DNA of 62,820 bases, counting the filler, from Chiloscyllium plagiosum (lineage: Eukaryota), in assembly GCF_004010195.1 (NCBI RefSeq). It is 3 parts of one record of this genome, joined end to end, with 100 filler letters (N's around TTAATTAATTAA, not from the genome) between each part and the next. Parts side by side here need not be neighbours in the genome. Positions count along the whole stretch, not along the records: positions 18,165 to 42,293 come from NC_057715.1; positions 42,394 to 62,820 come from NC_057715.1; 1 more part is not named here. One strand, 5' to 3'. Position 1 is the first letter of the stretch. Every line of letters starts with the position of its first letter. The position numbers and the translations under genes were made by a program. Below the pieces are notes generated by a model, which was given only the letters and a program-made list of their open reading frames with translations, did no database searches and was not told the DNA's origin. This document shows, piece after piece, positions 38,510-51,175 of this stretch.

Positions 38510-40560
38510 CTATGTATTGCGTACAGTTCCAGTGACACTCTATAGGAAGGATGTGAATGCATTGGAGAGAGTGCAGAGGCAATTTATAAGAATTGTTCCA
38601 GCAATAAGTAGCTTCGGTTATAAGGACAGATTGGAGAAGTTAGGACTGTTGTTCTTGGAGAGAGGAACACGGAGAGAGGATTTGATTGAGGTTTTCAAAA
38701 GCATTAGTGAGCTGGATAGAGAAGATAGTTGATCCCACTTGTAAAAGAGAAATGAATGATGAGGCATGAATTTAAAGTGATGTGCAAGCGAAACAAGGTG
38801 ATGTGAGATAAACCTTTTACACACAGCAGTTAATGATGATAAAGAATGTACTGCCTGGAAGTATGGTCAGACAGGTTCAATTTGAAGCATTTGGGGACAT
38901 TGGATGACTATTTGGATAGAAATGGTGTACAGGGTTTTGGGAAAATGGTAGGAAACTGGCACTAGGTAATAAACCTAGTACAGACATGATGGCATCCTTT
39001 TGCACAGTAATAATTATGTGAATCTGTTGCAGATCAGATTAAGGACAATCCTAAGATGTTCCATATGTATATCAAAGGGAAAAGGATGAAGAGTAAAGCC
39101 AATTAGAGATCAAGGTGGAGATTTTTGCATGGAACTGGAATACATTAGCTGGGTGTCAAACAGGTAGATCAAATCTATGTTCAGTTTGGAGACGGAGAAC
39201 ATCGGCACAAAACTTGGAGAAAGTGACTGTGAAGTTCTTCAGTAATTTGACATAGGAAGTGAGGAGGTATTAGAGATTTTGCCAAATTTCCATGTCCATC
39301 TGAATTGTATTCCAGGTTGCTGTGGGCTAAGAGGGAAAAAATTACAGAGTTCTGACCCAAATGTTTAATTCTTCTCTAGGCACAGGTAACATTACTCAGG
39401 ACTGGACATTAGCTAATGTAGTTCCACTTTTAAAAAAGTGTGGTAGGGAGAAACCAGGGAATTATAGATCAGGTGAGTCTTACTTAATTAGTAAGGAAAC
39501 TATTGGAGAAAATTCTGAAGGAGATAGAGAATTAATCTCCACTTGGAGTGGTAAGGTTTGATCAAGGATAGTCAGCATGGCTTTGTCAGAGGGAGGTCAT
39601 ACATAACAAATTTGATTGAACTTTTTGGGGAGGTGATCAGGTTTTTAGACAAGGATATTGCAGTTGATGTAGTTTTTATGGATTTCATCAGTGCCTTTGA
39701 CCATGTCCTACATGGAAGATTGAGAAAGAAAGTAAAGGCATATGGGATCCAGGGTAACTTGGCAAGATGGATTCAAAATCAAGCTTAGTGATTGCAAACA
39801 GAGGGTGTTTAAACAGAAACCTGTTTATGTGACTGGAGGGTGGTATCCTGTGGTATATGTCAGTGCTGGGTCTGTTATTGTTCTTGCTATATAAGAACAA
39901 TATAGCAAGATGATCTCGAGGGTACTTAAGTTTTCGGATGGCACAAAAATTGGTTGGAAGATTGATAGTGAGTAGACAGGTTCTTAGTTTATAGGAGAAT
40001 ATAAACAGATTGGACCTGGAATTTAACCCTGATAAGTGTTAGGAAGAAATATCACTTTAAAGGATTACTCAATGAATAGCAGAGCACTTGGAAGCTTAGA
40101 AGATCAAAGGAACTTTGAGGTGCTTGTCAACAGAACTCAATGCAGCAGCGCAGGTTAATAGGATTGTTAAGAAGGCATACAGAACATCTGCCTTTATCAG
40201 TCATCACATAGATTATAAACCATGATGCAAAAGTGCAGGTGTTGCACCAGTGTTGGTGTTCACCTGATGAAGGAACAGTGCCCCGAAAGCTTGATTTCAA
40301 GTAAACCTGTTGGACTATAACCTGGTATCATGTGACTTCTGACATAGATTATACAAGTAGAGAGGGTATGTTGGAATTGTACAACACTTCTGTTCAGCCA
40401 CAGCTGGAGTCCGGTGTGCAGTTCTGGTCACTATTACATGGAAGTTATAATTTCATTGAAAGAAATGCAGAGGACATTCACCAGTGTTGCCTGGGAGGGA
40501 GCAGTTTAGCTAAAAAGACAGACTTATTAAACTTGGGGATAGAAATCAGCTATTCCCCTT
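38510..40560 (+). mobile_element. Old CR1 LINE fragments
   Basis: LERVQR, WTLANVVPL, SQHGFVRGRS, VQFWS remnants. Confidence 0.7.
40218..40342 (+). mobile_element. Penelope-like family B fragment inserted in an old CR1
   Basis: cacCTGATGAagg...ccGAAAGCTT; flanked by catagattata on both sides. Confidence 0.6.
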
Positions 40561-40573
40561 AGTTGAAGAATCA

Positions 40574-42293
40574 GTCATAGAGTCATAGAGATGTACAGCA
40601 TGGAAACAGACTCTTCGGTCCAACCCGTCCATGCCGATCAGATATTCCAACCCAATCTAGTCCCACCTGCCAGCACCCAGCCCATATCCCTCCAAACCCT
40701 TCCTATTTATATATCCATCCAAATACCTCTTAAATGTTGCAATTGTACCAGGCTCCACCACATCATCTGGCAGCTCATTCCATACACATACCATTCTCTG
40801 CGTGGAAACGTTGCTCCTTAGGTCTCTTTTATATATTTCCCCTCTCACCCTAAACCTATGCCCTCTAGTTCTGGACTCCTCAACCCCAGGGAAGAAACTT
40901 TGTCTATTTATCCTATCCATGCCACTCATAATTTTGTCAACCTCTATAAGGTCACCCCTCAGCCTCAGACACTCCAGGGAAAACAGCCCCAGCCTGTTCA
41001 GCCTCTCCCTACAGCTCAAATCCTCCAACCCTGGCAACATCCTTGTAANGGACCTTACCATTAAGTGTATAAGTCCTGCTAAGATTTGCTTTCCCAAAAT
41101 GCAGCACCTCACATTTATCTGAATTAAACTCCATCTGCCACTTCTCAGCCCATTGGCCCATCTGGTCCAGATCCTGTTGTAACCTGAGGTAATCCTCTTC
41201 GCTGTCCACAACACCTCTAATTTTGGTGTCATCTGCAAATGTACTAATGTTGCATCCAAATCATTTATGTAAATGACAAAAAGTAGAGGACTCATCACCA
41301 GTCCTTGTGGAACTCCACTGGTCACAGGCCTCCAGTCTGAAAAACAACCCTCCACCACTACCCTCTGTCTTCTACCATTGAGCCAGTTCTGTATCCAAAT
41401 GACTAGTTCCATGAGATCTAACCTTGCTAATCAGTCTACCATGGGGAAACTTGTCAAACGCCTTACTGAAGTCCATATAGATCACATCTATTGTTCTGCC
41501 CTCATCAATCTTCTTTGTTACTTTTTCAAAAAACTCAATCAAGTTTGCGAGACATGATTTCCCACGCACAAAGCCATGTTGACTACCCAAATCAGCCCTT
41601 GCCTTTCCAAATACATGTACATCCTGTCCCTCAGGATTCCCTCCAACAACATGACCACCACCAAGGTCAGGCTCACTGGTCTATAGTTCCCTGGCTTGTC
41701 TTTACCGCACTTCTTAAATGGTGGCACCACGTTTGCCAACCTCCAGTCTTCCTGCACCTCACCTGTGACTATCGATGACACAAATATCTCAGCAAGAGGC
41801 CCAGCAATCACTTCTCTAGCTTCCCACAGAGTTCTCGGGTACACCTGATCAGGTCCTGGGGATTTATCCACCTTTAATTGTTTCAAAACATATAGCACTT
41901 CCTCCTCTGTAATCTGGGCATTTTGCAAGATGTCACCATCTATTTCCTTACAGTCTATATCTTCCATTTCCTTTTCCACAGTAAATACTGATGCAAAATA
42001 TTCATTTAGTATCTCCCCCATTTTCTGTGGCTCCACACAAAGGCCGCCTTGCTGATCTTTAAGGGGTACTATTCTCTCCCTAGTTACCCTTTTGTCCTTA
42101 ATATATTTGTAAAAACCCTTTGGATTCTCCTTAATTCTATTTGCCAAAGCTATCTCATGGCTCCGTTTTGCCCTCCTGATTTACCTCTTAAATATACTCC
42201 AACTTTCTTTATACTCTTCTAAGGATTCACTTGATCTATCCTGTCTATACCTGACATATGCTTCCTTCTTTTTCTTAACCAAACCCTCAATTT
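40574..42293 (-). mobile_element. Young CR1 (HER1-like) LINE ORF2 fragment
   Basis: NPKGFYKYIK, KSPGPD, WRLANVVP, PGNYRPVSLT, DFSKAFDK, SGVPQG; tail at 40574. Confidence 0.93.
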
Positions 42294-42393
42294 NNNNNNN
42301 NNNNNNNNNNNNNNNNNNNNNNNNNNNNNNNNNNNNNTTAATTAATTAANNNNNNNNNNNNNNNNNNNNNNNNNNNNNNNNNNNNNNNNNNNN
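42294..42393. other. Artificial scaffold linker N44-TTAATTAATTAA-N44
   Basis: Same construct as 18065-18164. Confidence 0.92.
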
Positions 42394-42741
42394 GGAAGAG
42401 CGCCTCATCTTCCGCCTAGGAACCCTGCAACCACAAGGGATGAATGCAGATTTCTCCAGCTTTCTCATTTCCCCTCCCCCCACATTTTCTCAGTCCCAAC
42501 TCTCAGACTCAGCACCGCCTTCTTGGCCTGCAAACTTCTTCCCGACCTCTCCGCCCCCACCCCCACTCCGGCCTATCATCACTACCTTAACCTCCTTCCA
42601 CCTATCGTATTCCCAATGCCCCTCCCCCAAGTCCCTCCTCCCGATCTTAGCCTGCTTGGCACACTGTCCTCATTCCTGAAGAAGGGATTATGCCCGAAAC
42701 GTCAATTCTCCTGCTCCTTTGATGCTGCCTGACCTGCTGCG
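42394..42741 (+). mobile_element. Penelope-like family A 3' end: GIY-YIG C-terminus, UTR, hammerhead, pLTR
   Basis: EERLIFRLGTLQPQGMNADFSSF (E...I..L.T..P.G.N motif of PLE GIY-YIG endonucleases); CTGAAGA...GAAACGTC at 42676-42703. Confidence 0.85.
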
Positions 42742-43221
42742 CTTTTCCAGCAACACATTTTTAAGCTCTGATCTCCAGCATCTGCAGTCCTCACTTTCTC
42801 TTAGAGGGATATGGGCCAAGTGCTGGCAAATGGGACTAGATTAATTTAGGATATCTACTGGGCATGGACAAGTTGGACTGAAAGGTCTGTTTCCATGCTG
42901 TACATCTCTATGATGCTATGGCTCGAAAGGCCAATATTTCATTTGCCTTTCCTATTACCTGTTGAACTTGGATCCAGCTTTTTTGATTCATGGACAAGGC
43001 ATCACAAATCCTTTTTGGGGACTGGCTGTTGGCTTTATGCAGTCTTTCTCCATTTAAATTATATTCAGCACTTCTATTTTTCCAGCCAATGTGCATAACC
43101 TCACATTTCCCAACATCATATTCCATCTGCCATGTTTTTGCCCATTCACATAACTTGTCCACATCCTTTTGGAGATAGTTTGTGTCATCCTCACCACTTG
43201 CATTCCCACCTATAATTTGTG

Positions 43222-44028
43222 TGATTATGATCCAGTTAGGAACCAGTAATGTTTGCTTTGGGGAGAAAAGGTTTAAATGCTTTAAAATAATCAGAGAATA
43301 AAGCCAAAAGTTTCCAAGGGTTTTTTGAACAAAAGAAAAAACTTTATTATTCAAAGTTAGAAAAGTAAAGCAATTTAAAGTATCTAACTAGTACTTCAAC
43401 ATCCAGAACTAACATTAAGCAAATATGAATTAGCAAATAAACTGTGATTGAACACTTTCATATTTCACAGCAAATTTCAGATGTGACCCATGGATTTCTC
43501 AGTAACACAGCCAGATGTCAATGACAACTGTGTGTCACAAAATTTTATTAAAACTATGTCGCTTTCCTGAGAAATTCCAAATTTTCACTTATGAAGATCT
43601 AATCTTGGATTGCCCTCAAAAGCTATTCCGTCAGGTATTGCCTCAACGAAAGCTAACATTCTGGCAAATTAATCTCTTCCCCTTAAACTGCATTCCATTG
43701 GATTTCTCAGGTTGCAGTCCAGTAGCTACTCACAGACACAAACCTACTCTTTCACATACAGCTGGCTTCACTCAGCTAATACTGTCCACTGTTCCAATCT
43801 CTTGGCTGAACCAAGCTCTAAGTGATTCCAAGGGCTTTTTCTGAGCCCGAACTTGGAAACAGCAAACTTGCATCATCTTCTCAGCTCCTCTGGACTTTTC
43901 ATCAGCTCTGACTGCACGGAGACAGTTTTTTAAAAAATAGTTTACAAAGTGGTGGGTACCAACTGTCCTTGCCTTTTGACATTTTGATATTCAATGATCT
44001 CCAAACAAGTTTGTGATATTGGTATTAC
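43222..44028 (-). mobile_element. Probable solo LTR
   Basis: Composition and minus-strand AATAAA position resemble the other solo LTRs; termini and TSD not resolved. Confidence 0.4.
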
Positions 44029-44152
44029 AAAGTTAAAAATCACACAACATCAGGTTATAGTCCAACAGGTTTATTTGGAAGTACCAGCTTTCAGAGCGCT
44101 GCTCCTTTATTAGGTGACTAGTGGGGCAGGATCATAAGACACAGAATTTATA
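44027..44152 (-). mobile_element. Penelope-like family B fragment
   Basis: Homologous to 62020-62165; mutated hammerhead core. Confidence 0.65.
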
Positions 44153-45030
44153 TTCCCTGTGCCACCCGCTCCAGGACTGATTCCCCGTGGAACCTGCTGC
44201 TCCAGGACTGCTTCCCTGTGCCACCCCCTGCTCCAGGACTGCTTCCCTGTGCCACCCGCTGGTCCAGGACTGCTTCCCTGTGCCACCTGCTGGTCCAGGA
44301 CTGCTTCCCTGTGCCACCTGCTCCTCCAGGACTGCTTCCCTGTGCCACCCGCTGCTCCAGGACTGCTTCCCTGTGCCACCTGCTGCTCTAGGATTGCTTT
44401 ACTGCGCTGACCCAGCTCCAGGACTGCTTCTCTGTGCCAGCTGCTGCTCTAGGATTGCTTTACTGCGCTGGCCCTCCTCCAGGATTGCTTCTCTGTGCCA
44501 GTTGCTGATCTGGGACTGCTTCCCTGTGCCACCTGCTGCTCCAGGACTGCTTCCCCATGCCACCCGCTGCTCCAGGACTGCTTCCCTGTGCCACCCGCTG
44601 CTCTAGGACTGCTTCCCTGTGCAACCTGCTGCTTCAGGACTGCTTCCCCATGCCACCCGCTGCTCCAGGACTGCTTCCCTGTGCCAGCTGCTGCTCTAGG
44701 ATTGCTTTACTGCGCTGACCGCTGCTCCAGGACAGCTTCTCTGTGCCAGCTGCTGATCTGGGACTGCTTTCCTATGCCAGTTGCTGCTCTAGGATTGCTT
44801 CCCTGTGCCAGCTGCTGTTCCTGGCGTGCTTCCCTGTGCCAGCTGCTGTTCCTGGCGTGCTTCCCTGTGCCAGCTGTTGCTCCTGGTGTGCTTCCCTGTG
44901 CCAGCTGTTGCTCTAGGATTGCTTTACTGCGCTGGCCGCTGCTCCAGGACTGCTTCCCTGTGCCAGCTGTTGCTCCTGGCGTGTTTCCCTGTGCCAGCTG
45001 CTGCTCTGGGACTGCTTCTATGTGTCGGCC
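44153..45030. repeat. GC-rich minisatellite, 31-bp unit, about 28 copies
   Basis: Unit ctgctccaggactgcttccctgtgccaccYg with recurring variants. Confidence 0.92.
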
Positions 45031-45617
45031 TCCACTCTGGGATTCACCTCTGAGGCCCATTAGCTCCTCCATTCCCCTAATTCAGAATGGAGAAAAAAGG
45101 AAGAGAGGAAAAGAAAAGAAATAAGTGCAGCAAGGAAGCTCCAGCTGGAGCATCTTACTCTGCCACCATCTTGTTATTGAGTGGTCAAAGTGAGTTGATT
45201 TAATATGTCTAAGTTCATAGGAACATGATAGGCCATTCAACCCATTGAGCTTGTTCCACCATTCAGTGAGATGAAGGCTGATCTGTGGCCGAACTTCATT
45301 TATCTGCCTTTGGCCCATATCCCTTTACACCTTTGCTTTACAAGTACTTATTTACAAAGATTTAGATTAACAACTGATTCAGCATCCACTGCCATTTGTG
45401 GAAGACAGTTTGAACCATTTACCATGCTTTGTGTACAGAATGTTTCCTAACATCTCTTCTGAATGGTCTGGCCTTAATTACCAGACGTGCTCCCTAGTTC
45501 TAGAATCCAACCTGGTAGAAATAGTTTATCTTTATCTGCCCTGTCTTTTTTCCAATATCCTGAAGACTTCAATCAGATCACCTCTAAAAGGTTCTAACTT
45601 CTAAGAAAATGGGTCTA

Positions 45618-46317
45618 TGTTGTGGTTCTGTTCGCCGAGCTGGAAGTTTTTGTTGCAAACGTTTCGTCCCCTGGCTAGGCGACATCATCAGTGCTTGGGA
45701 GCCTCCTGCGAAGCGCTTCTTTGATGTTTCCTCCGGTGTTTATAGTGGTCTGTCCCTGCCGCTTCCGGTTGTCAGTTTCAGCTGTCCGCTGTAGTGGTTG
45801 GTATATCGGGTCCAGGTCAATGTGTTTGTTGATGGAGTTTGTGGATGAATGCCATGCCTCTAGGAATTCCCTGGCTGTTCTCTGTCTGGCTTGTCCTATG
45901 ATAGTAGTGTTGTCCCAGTCGAATTCATGTTGCTTGTTGTCTGCGTGTGTGGCTACTAAGGATAGCTGGTCGTGTCGTTTCGTGGCTAGTTGATGTTCAT
46001 GTATGCGGATTGTTAGCTGTCTTCCTGTTTGTCCTATATAGTGTTTAGTGTAGTCCTTGCATGGTATTTTGTACACTATCGACCTGGACCCAATATACCA
46101 ACCACTACAGCGGACAGCTGAAACTGACAACCGGAAGCGGCAGGGACAGACCACTATAAACACTGGAGGAAACATCAAAGAAGCGCTTCGCAGGAGGTTC
46201 CCAAGCACTGATGATGTCGCCTAGCCAGGGGACGAAACGTTTGCAACAAAAACTTCCAGCTCGGCGAACAGAACCACAACAACGAGCACCCGAGCTACAA
46301 ATCTTCGCACAAACTTT
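45618..46317 (-). mobile_element. 5'-truncated Penelope-like element (family C): GIY-YIG endonuclease with 204-bp inverted pLTRs
   Basis: VYKIPCKDYTKHYIGQTGRQLTIRIHEH...REFLEAWHS on minus. Inverted arms 45618-45821 and 46078-46281 plus a 36-nt tail. TSD gaaaatgggWcta at 45605-45617 and 46318-46330. Confidence 0.92.
46205..46244 (+). ncRNA. Minimal type I hammerhead ribozyme motif (mirror copy on minus at 45655-45694)
   Basis: GCA-CTGATGA-T-[GTCgCCT agcc AGGgGAC]-GAAAC-GTT-TGC: conserved core, stem II, palindromic stem III ACGT, stem I GCA/TGC. Confidence 0.75.
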
Positions 46318-48056
46318 GAAAATGGGACTAATTTGCTGGAAATCTGAAAAAAAGAGCAGAAATTTCTGGAGAAACTCAGCAAGCCTGGCAGCATCTGGGA
46401 GGAGAAACCAAAGTTAATACTTTGAGTCTAGTGATCTTGTATCAGAAATTGTAAATTCATAACTTAATCCCTAAAATCCTGGAATCATTCTTTTAAATCT
46501 ACATTGGCCATGCTGGGAGTTCAATATACCATTGCTAAGATGTGGTGCCCAGATCTGCTCACAGTGCTCCAAATGGGGTCTCATTAGGGTTTTATAGAAC
46601 TGTGGCCCTTATACATCCTTGTACTCCAGTCCTCTGGATATAAAGAGCAGCCTTCTATTAGATTTTGTGTTTACTTGCAGTAACTGTTAGTGACATTTTA
46701 AAGATATATGCACTGAACCCCAAGTCTCTTTGGACATCCACTGTAGTTAGCTTCATACCATATAAAAAAAAAACTAATCTATCCTTTCTTGGTCCAAATA
46801 GATAACCTCACACTTGCTTACATTGAGCTCCTTTTGATACAGTTTTGCACATTCATTTAATGTATCAATACCCCTTTGTTATTTTATGCTATCATCTACA
46901 CTGCCCACTATGCCACTAAACTTTGTTTCATCAACAAATTTAAAACTGTGACTTTCTATGTCACTATCTAAGTTGTTAATACCATGATGTGAATAATGGA
47001 GGTCCGAACACAGATCCTTGTGGGATACCACTGGTCACACTCTGTCAATTTGACTACCTACCCATTACCCCACTTTCAGTTGTCTGCCACTCAACCAATT
47101 TCACAGCCATGTCAGTAATTTGCCCTCAATTCCATGGGTACCTGCCTTGGTTAATATTCTTTTCTGAGGGATTTCATCAAGTGCATTCTGGAAGTTCATG
47201 TAAACAATTATTGTAGTTAAAGTGTAAATTACTACTAAAATCATTCCACTATAATTGCAAACTTGGTAACAGATGAGCGGTAATAATTATAATATTTACA
47301 TACGCTCAGAGTATTGTCCTCTCCATTTAAATTCTTTTTCCACATTACACATTCATACATAATGGGCACCAGAGCACAATTAGAATGAGTAGGTCATCTT
47401 TACTTACTCAACAGTTTGTAGACTCAACCAATACTCAAGAATCAGCTGAAACTGAGAGACAAGTTATGGGAAAAAATGGCCTCTGCTGTCTGTTGTCTTC
47501 TTTCACAAATCATTGCGCAAAAGCTGCACAGCATGTTTAAAACATACTAGTTTTTCTTTCCTTTTCATGTGCATTGGTTTCATAATTAGTCAAAAACAGT
47601 TAAAACAAAACAGGCAATGATTGTAGTTCAATTCATCACAGTTGAAGCCTTCAAGGAATTTAAGAGATGTAGCTGACCTGGGGAGGAGAAGTTAGGATTA
47701 CACATCTGATGCTTTAATTGATGCTAATGGCTAAATATATCCAAATACTACAAATTGACCATTCAGAGAACAAGGGGGATTTAATTCATTACCTTGTAAA
47801 CCAAAAGGAAAAAAATAATATAATAAAATGCAGCAGGAGTTTCTAATAACACACAAGTCATCAAGAACCTTAGATAAAGGGAGGAACGCAAAGTTATAGC
47901 CACAATGAAGGTGCATGACAAGCAAGATCAAAATTAGATTTGGAATTTGAGAGGTCCATTAAGCAGTCTAATAACAGTGTGTGGGGGTGGGGGTGGGGAA
48001 GAATGTTCTTGAACTTGTTGGTATGTGTGTTTAAGCTTTAAAAAAGAAAAAAAAGT

Positions 48057-48372
48057 GGGTGGCACAGTGGCACAGTGGTTAGCACTGCTGCCTCACAGTG
48101 CCAGAGACCTGGGTTCAATTCCCACCTCAGGTGACTGACTGTGTGGAGTTTGCACATTCGACCCGTGTCTGCGCGGGTTTCCTCCGGGTGCTACGGTTTT
48201 CTCCCACAGTCCAAAAATGTGCAAATTAGGTGAATTGGCCATGCTAAATTGCCCGTAGTGTTAGGTGAAGGGATAAATGTAGGGGAATGGGTCTGGGTGG
48301 GTGGTGGGTCGGTGTGGACTTGTTGGGCTGAAGGGCCTGTTTCCACACTGTAAGTAATCTAATCTAATCTAA
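48057..48372 (+). mobile_element. HE1-type V-SINE
   Basis: A box GGTGGCACAGTGG, B box GGTTCAATTCC, (taatc)n tail. Confidence 0.9.
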
Positions 48373-48960
48373 GTAAAAACTTCCCAAATGTGAGTCTGCG
48401 TAAGAAAATTCAAGGTATTGCATCACCTTTCTTGTAAAGCTGTAATGTTTCATAATCTGATATAAAATGCTTTGTTTGTGTTTACGTGAAATGTCCCTAT
48501 CCTGTGTGATTATATTAACATGATTTTTATATGACTTCCAAAGAAGCTCGTTTGAAGGTGCACATTATTTGCATTTTAAACATTCTGTCGAGGGAAAAGA
48601 CGACAGTACTGGAATCATTTAACGTTAATGTCAGCATCAGATTCCATAACTTGGTATGGAATATGGGTAAAGATTCCTCAATTTCTCCCCAAATAAAGTG
48701 GAGTATCTCCTTACTGCACCAGTGTAATATTTCTTTTGGACCATAATTGTTCAGAATATGCCTTAACAGCATCACAACATAGGGGTGTATTTTAACAAAT
48801 TTACACATCATGCACAGAAGCAATATCTGTTAGTAGTGGATATCGGGAATTTAAAAACCAAGGGTAAATTAGTGATTGAATAATGATGAGATGAATGATG
48901 GACCCCACTGCATTCACAGAGTCATAGAACCATGCAGCATGGGAACACTGGCTTTGGTCC

Positions 48961-49050
48961 AAGATTAAAAATCACACAACACCAGGTTATAGTTCAACAG
49001 GTTTAATTGGAAGCACTAGCTTTTGGAGCTCTGCTCCTTCATCAGGTGGT
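48961..49050 (-). mobile_element. Penelope-like family B fragment inserted in a CR1 tail
   Basis: cacCTGATGAaGGAGCagaGCTCCaAAAGCTAgtg on minus. Confidence 0.7.
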
Positions 49051-49745
49051 GCAAGATGACCATGTTCCCAAACTAAACTAGTCCCACCTGCCTGCATTTG
49101 GCCCATATCCCTCCAAATCTTTCCTATTCATACATTTATCCAAATGTCTTTTAAACGTTGTAACTGAACCTGCATCCATCACTCCTTTTGGCAGTTCATT
49201 CCACACATTCTGTGCAAAAATGTTGCTCCTTGTGTCCTTTTTAAATCCTTCTTATCTCACCTTAAAAATATGCCCCCTCATTTTGAACACCCCAACATTA
49301 GGGAAGAGACCTTTGTTAATTCATTTTATCTTTGCCCCTCATGATTTTACATACCTCCATAAGGTCACCCCTCAACCACCTACATTTCAATGTAAAAAGA
49401 CACAGCCGATCCAGTCTACTTATATATCTCAAGCCGGCAACATCCTGGTAAATATTTTCTGAACCTCTCCAGTTTAATAATATCCTTCTATAGCAGGGTG
49501 ACCAAAACTGCCCACAGTACTCCAAAAGAAGAATCACTAACATTCTGTATAACCTCAACATGATGTCTCATACTTCCATATTCAAAGATCTGAAGGCAAG
49601 TGTGCGAAATGCTTCTTAACTACTCTGTCTACCTGTGATGCATATTTCAATTATACACCTGAACCTTTGAATCTTTCTGTCCTACAACAGTATCCAGGCC
49701 TTACCATTAATTGCATAAGTCATGTCCTTGTTTGCATTTATATAG

Positions 49746-50056
49746 GGGAAGGCAATGGCCTAGTGATATTGGCACTGGACTGTTAACCCAGTGACACAGG
49801 TAATGTTTTGGGGACTCTGGTTCAAATCCTACCATCATAGATGGTGGAATTTTAATTCAATAACAATCTGGAATTAAGAGTCTAACGATGACCGTGAATA
49901 CATTTTTGATTGTTGGGAAAAGCTCATTTGGTTCACCAACGTCCTTATTCCAGACCCACAGCAATCTGGTTGACTCTTAACTTTGGCAATAAGGGATGGG
50001 CAATAAATGCTAGTCCAGCCGGCAATACTCTCATCCCATGAATGAATTAAAAAAAA
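49746..50056 (+). mobile_element. Second tRNA-derived SINE family
   Basis: A box tggcctagtg, B box ggttcaaatcc, LINE-like tail and A-run. Confidence 0.75.
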
Positions 50057-50094
50057 TGAAATTTGTAATTAAATTTGAATTAAATATGAATTAA

Positions 50095-50218
50095 ACAACC
50101 ACCTGATGAAGGAGCAGTGCTCTGAAAGCTAGTACTTCCAAATAAACCTGTTGGACTATAACCTGAAGTTGTATGATTTTTAACTTTGTGCACCCCAGTC
50201 CAACACCGGCACCTCCAT
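50095..50218 (+). mobile_element. Penelope-like family B pLTR with hammerhead at 50100-50134
   Basis: cac-CTGATGA-A-GGAGC-agt-GCTCT-GAAAG-CTA-gta; palindromic stem III AGCT. Confidence 0.75.
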
Positions 50219-50320
50219 TTCCTATATTCTCATCCAAATCATTCAGATAAATGACAAAATAAAAGTGGATCTCATACTGAAGCCTTGGAACATCATTAGT
50301 CATAGGCCTCCAGTCTGAAA

Positions 50321-50383
50321 ACGACGACGACGACGACGACCACCACCACCACCACCACCACCACCACCACCACCACCACCACC
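50321..50383. repeat. Compound (GAC)n(CAC)n microsatellite inside CR1
   Basis: Direct reading. Confidence 0.95.
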
Positions 50384-51175
50384 CGTGCTCTCCTACCGGC
50401 AAGCTAATTTTGTATCCAATTGGCAAGCTCACCTGAATTCCATGTGATTGAATTTTACTAATTAGTTTACTATGCAGAATCTTATAAAAGGCTTTACTAA
50501 AACCCAGGTAAACAAGGTCTATTGCTCTGCCCTTATAAATCTTTTTGGTTATTTCCTCAAAAACTCAATCAAGTTTGTGAGACACAATTTCCCTCACAGA
50601 AAACCATGCTCACTATCTCTAATCATTCCTTGCCCCTCCAAATGAATATAAATCTTATCTTTCAAAATCACCTCCAACAGCTTACCCACCAATGATGTCA
50701 GACTGACAGGTCTCTCATTCTTAGGCTTCTCCTTACAGCCTTTCTTGAGTAAAGGTACAATATTAGCTACCCTCCAACCCTCTGGCATCTCATCTGTGGT
50801 TATAGATGTTACAAACATTTCTGCCAGGGGCTCTGCACTTTCCTTCCTAACTTCCCACAATCTCCTGGGATATACTTGATCAGGTCCCAGAGATTTATCC
50901 ACCTTTCTGTTTTGGTGCCAAAATTCTCATTGTGCACTTCTTAAAGCAGATACAGGGAAGCACAAATTCATAGAGTGACCTCTCCCCGTGCAATATATTG
51001 TTTGAGACTGTGAGCCCATTCCCATGAGACACTGGATTGAGACTAGATGCACTCAGAGTTGAGTTTTCATCTTCTGAGTCTGGTCTATTAATCCATTCAA
51101 TTTCTTTCCTCTATAAATTATTATATATGGGTGTGAAACTTATCGAGACCACTAATGCATTGATAGCCCATTTTA

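Larger units (their letters stand above)
48917..50906 (-). mobile_element. CR1 LINE fragment with nested Penelope and SINE insertions
   Basis: LEYCGQFWSP, WRVANIVPL, RPVSLTSLVGK. Confidence 0.75.

Noticed and set aside
44110..45124. Multiple Cys/Pro-rich ORFs and a CRISPR-like periodicity
   Set aside because: Products of a 31-bp tandem repeat with no unique spacers; the unit is not a multiple of 3; the DNA is vertebrate and has no cas genes.
50091..50432. ORF with a poly-Trp/poly-Ser tract
   Set aside because: Translation of a (CAC)/(GAC) microsatellite inside a CR1 fragment.
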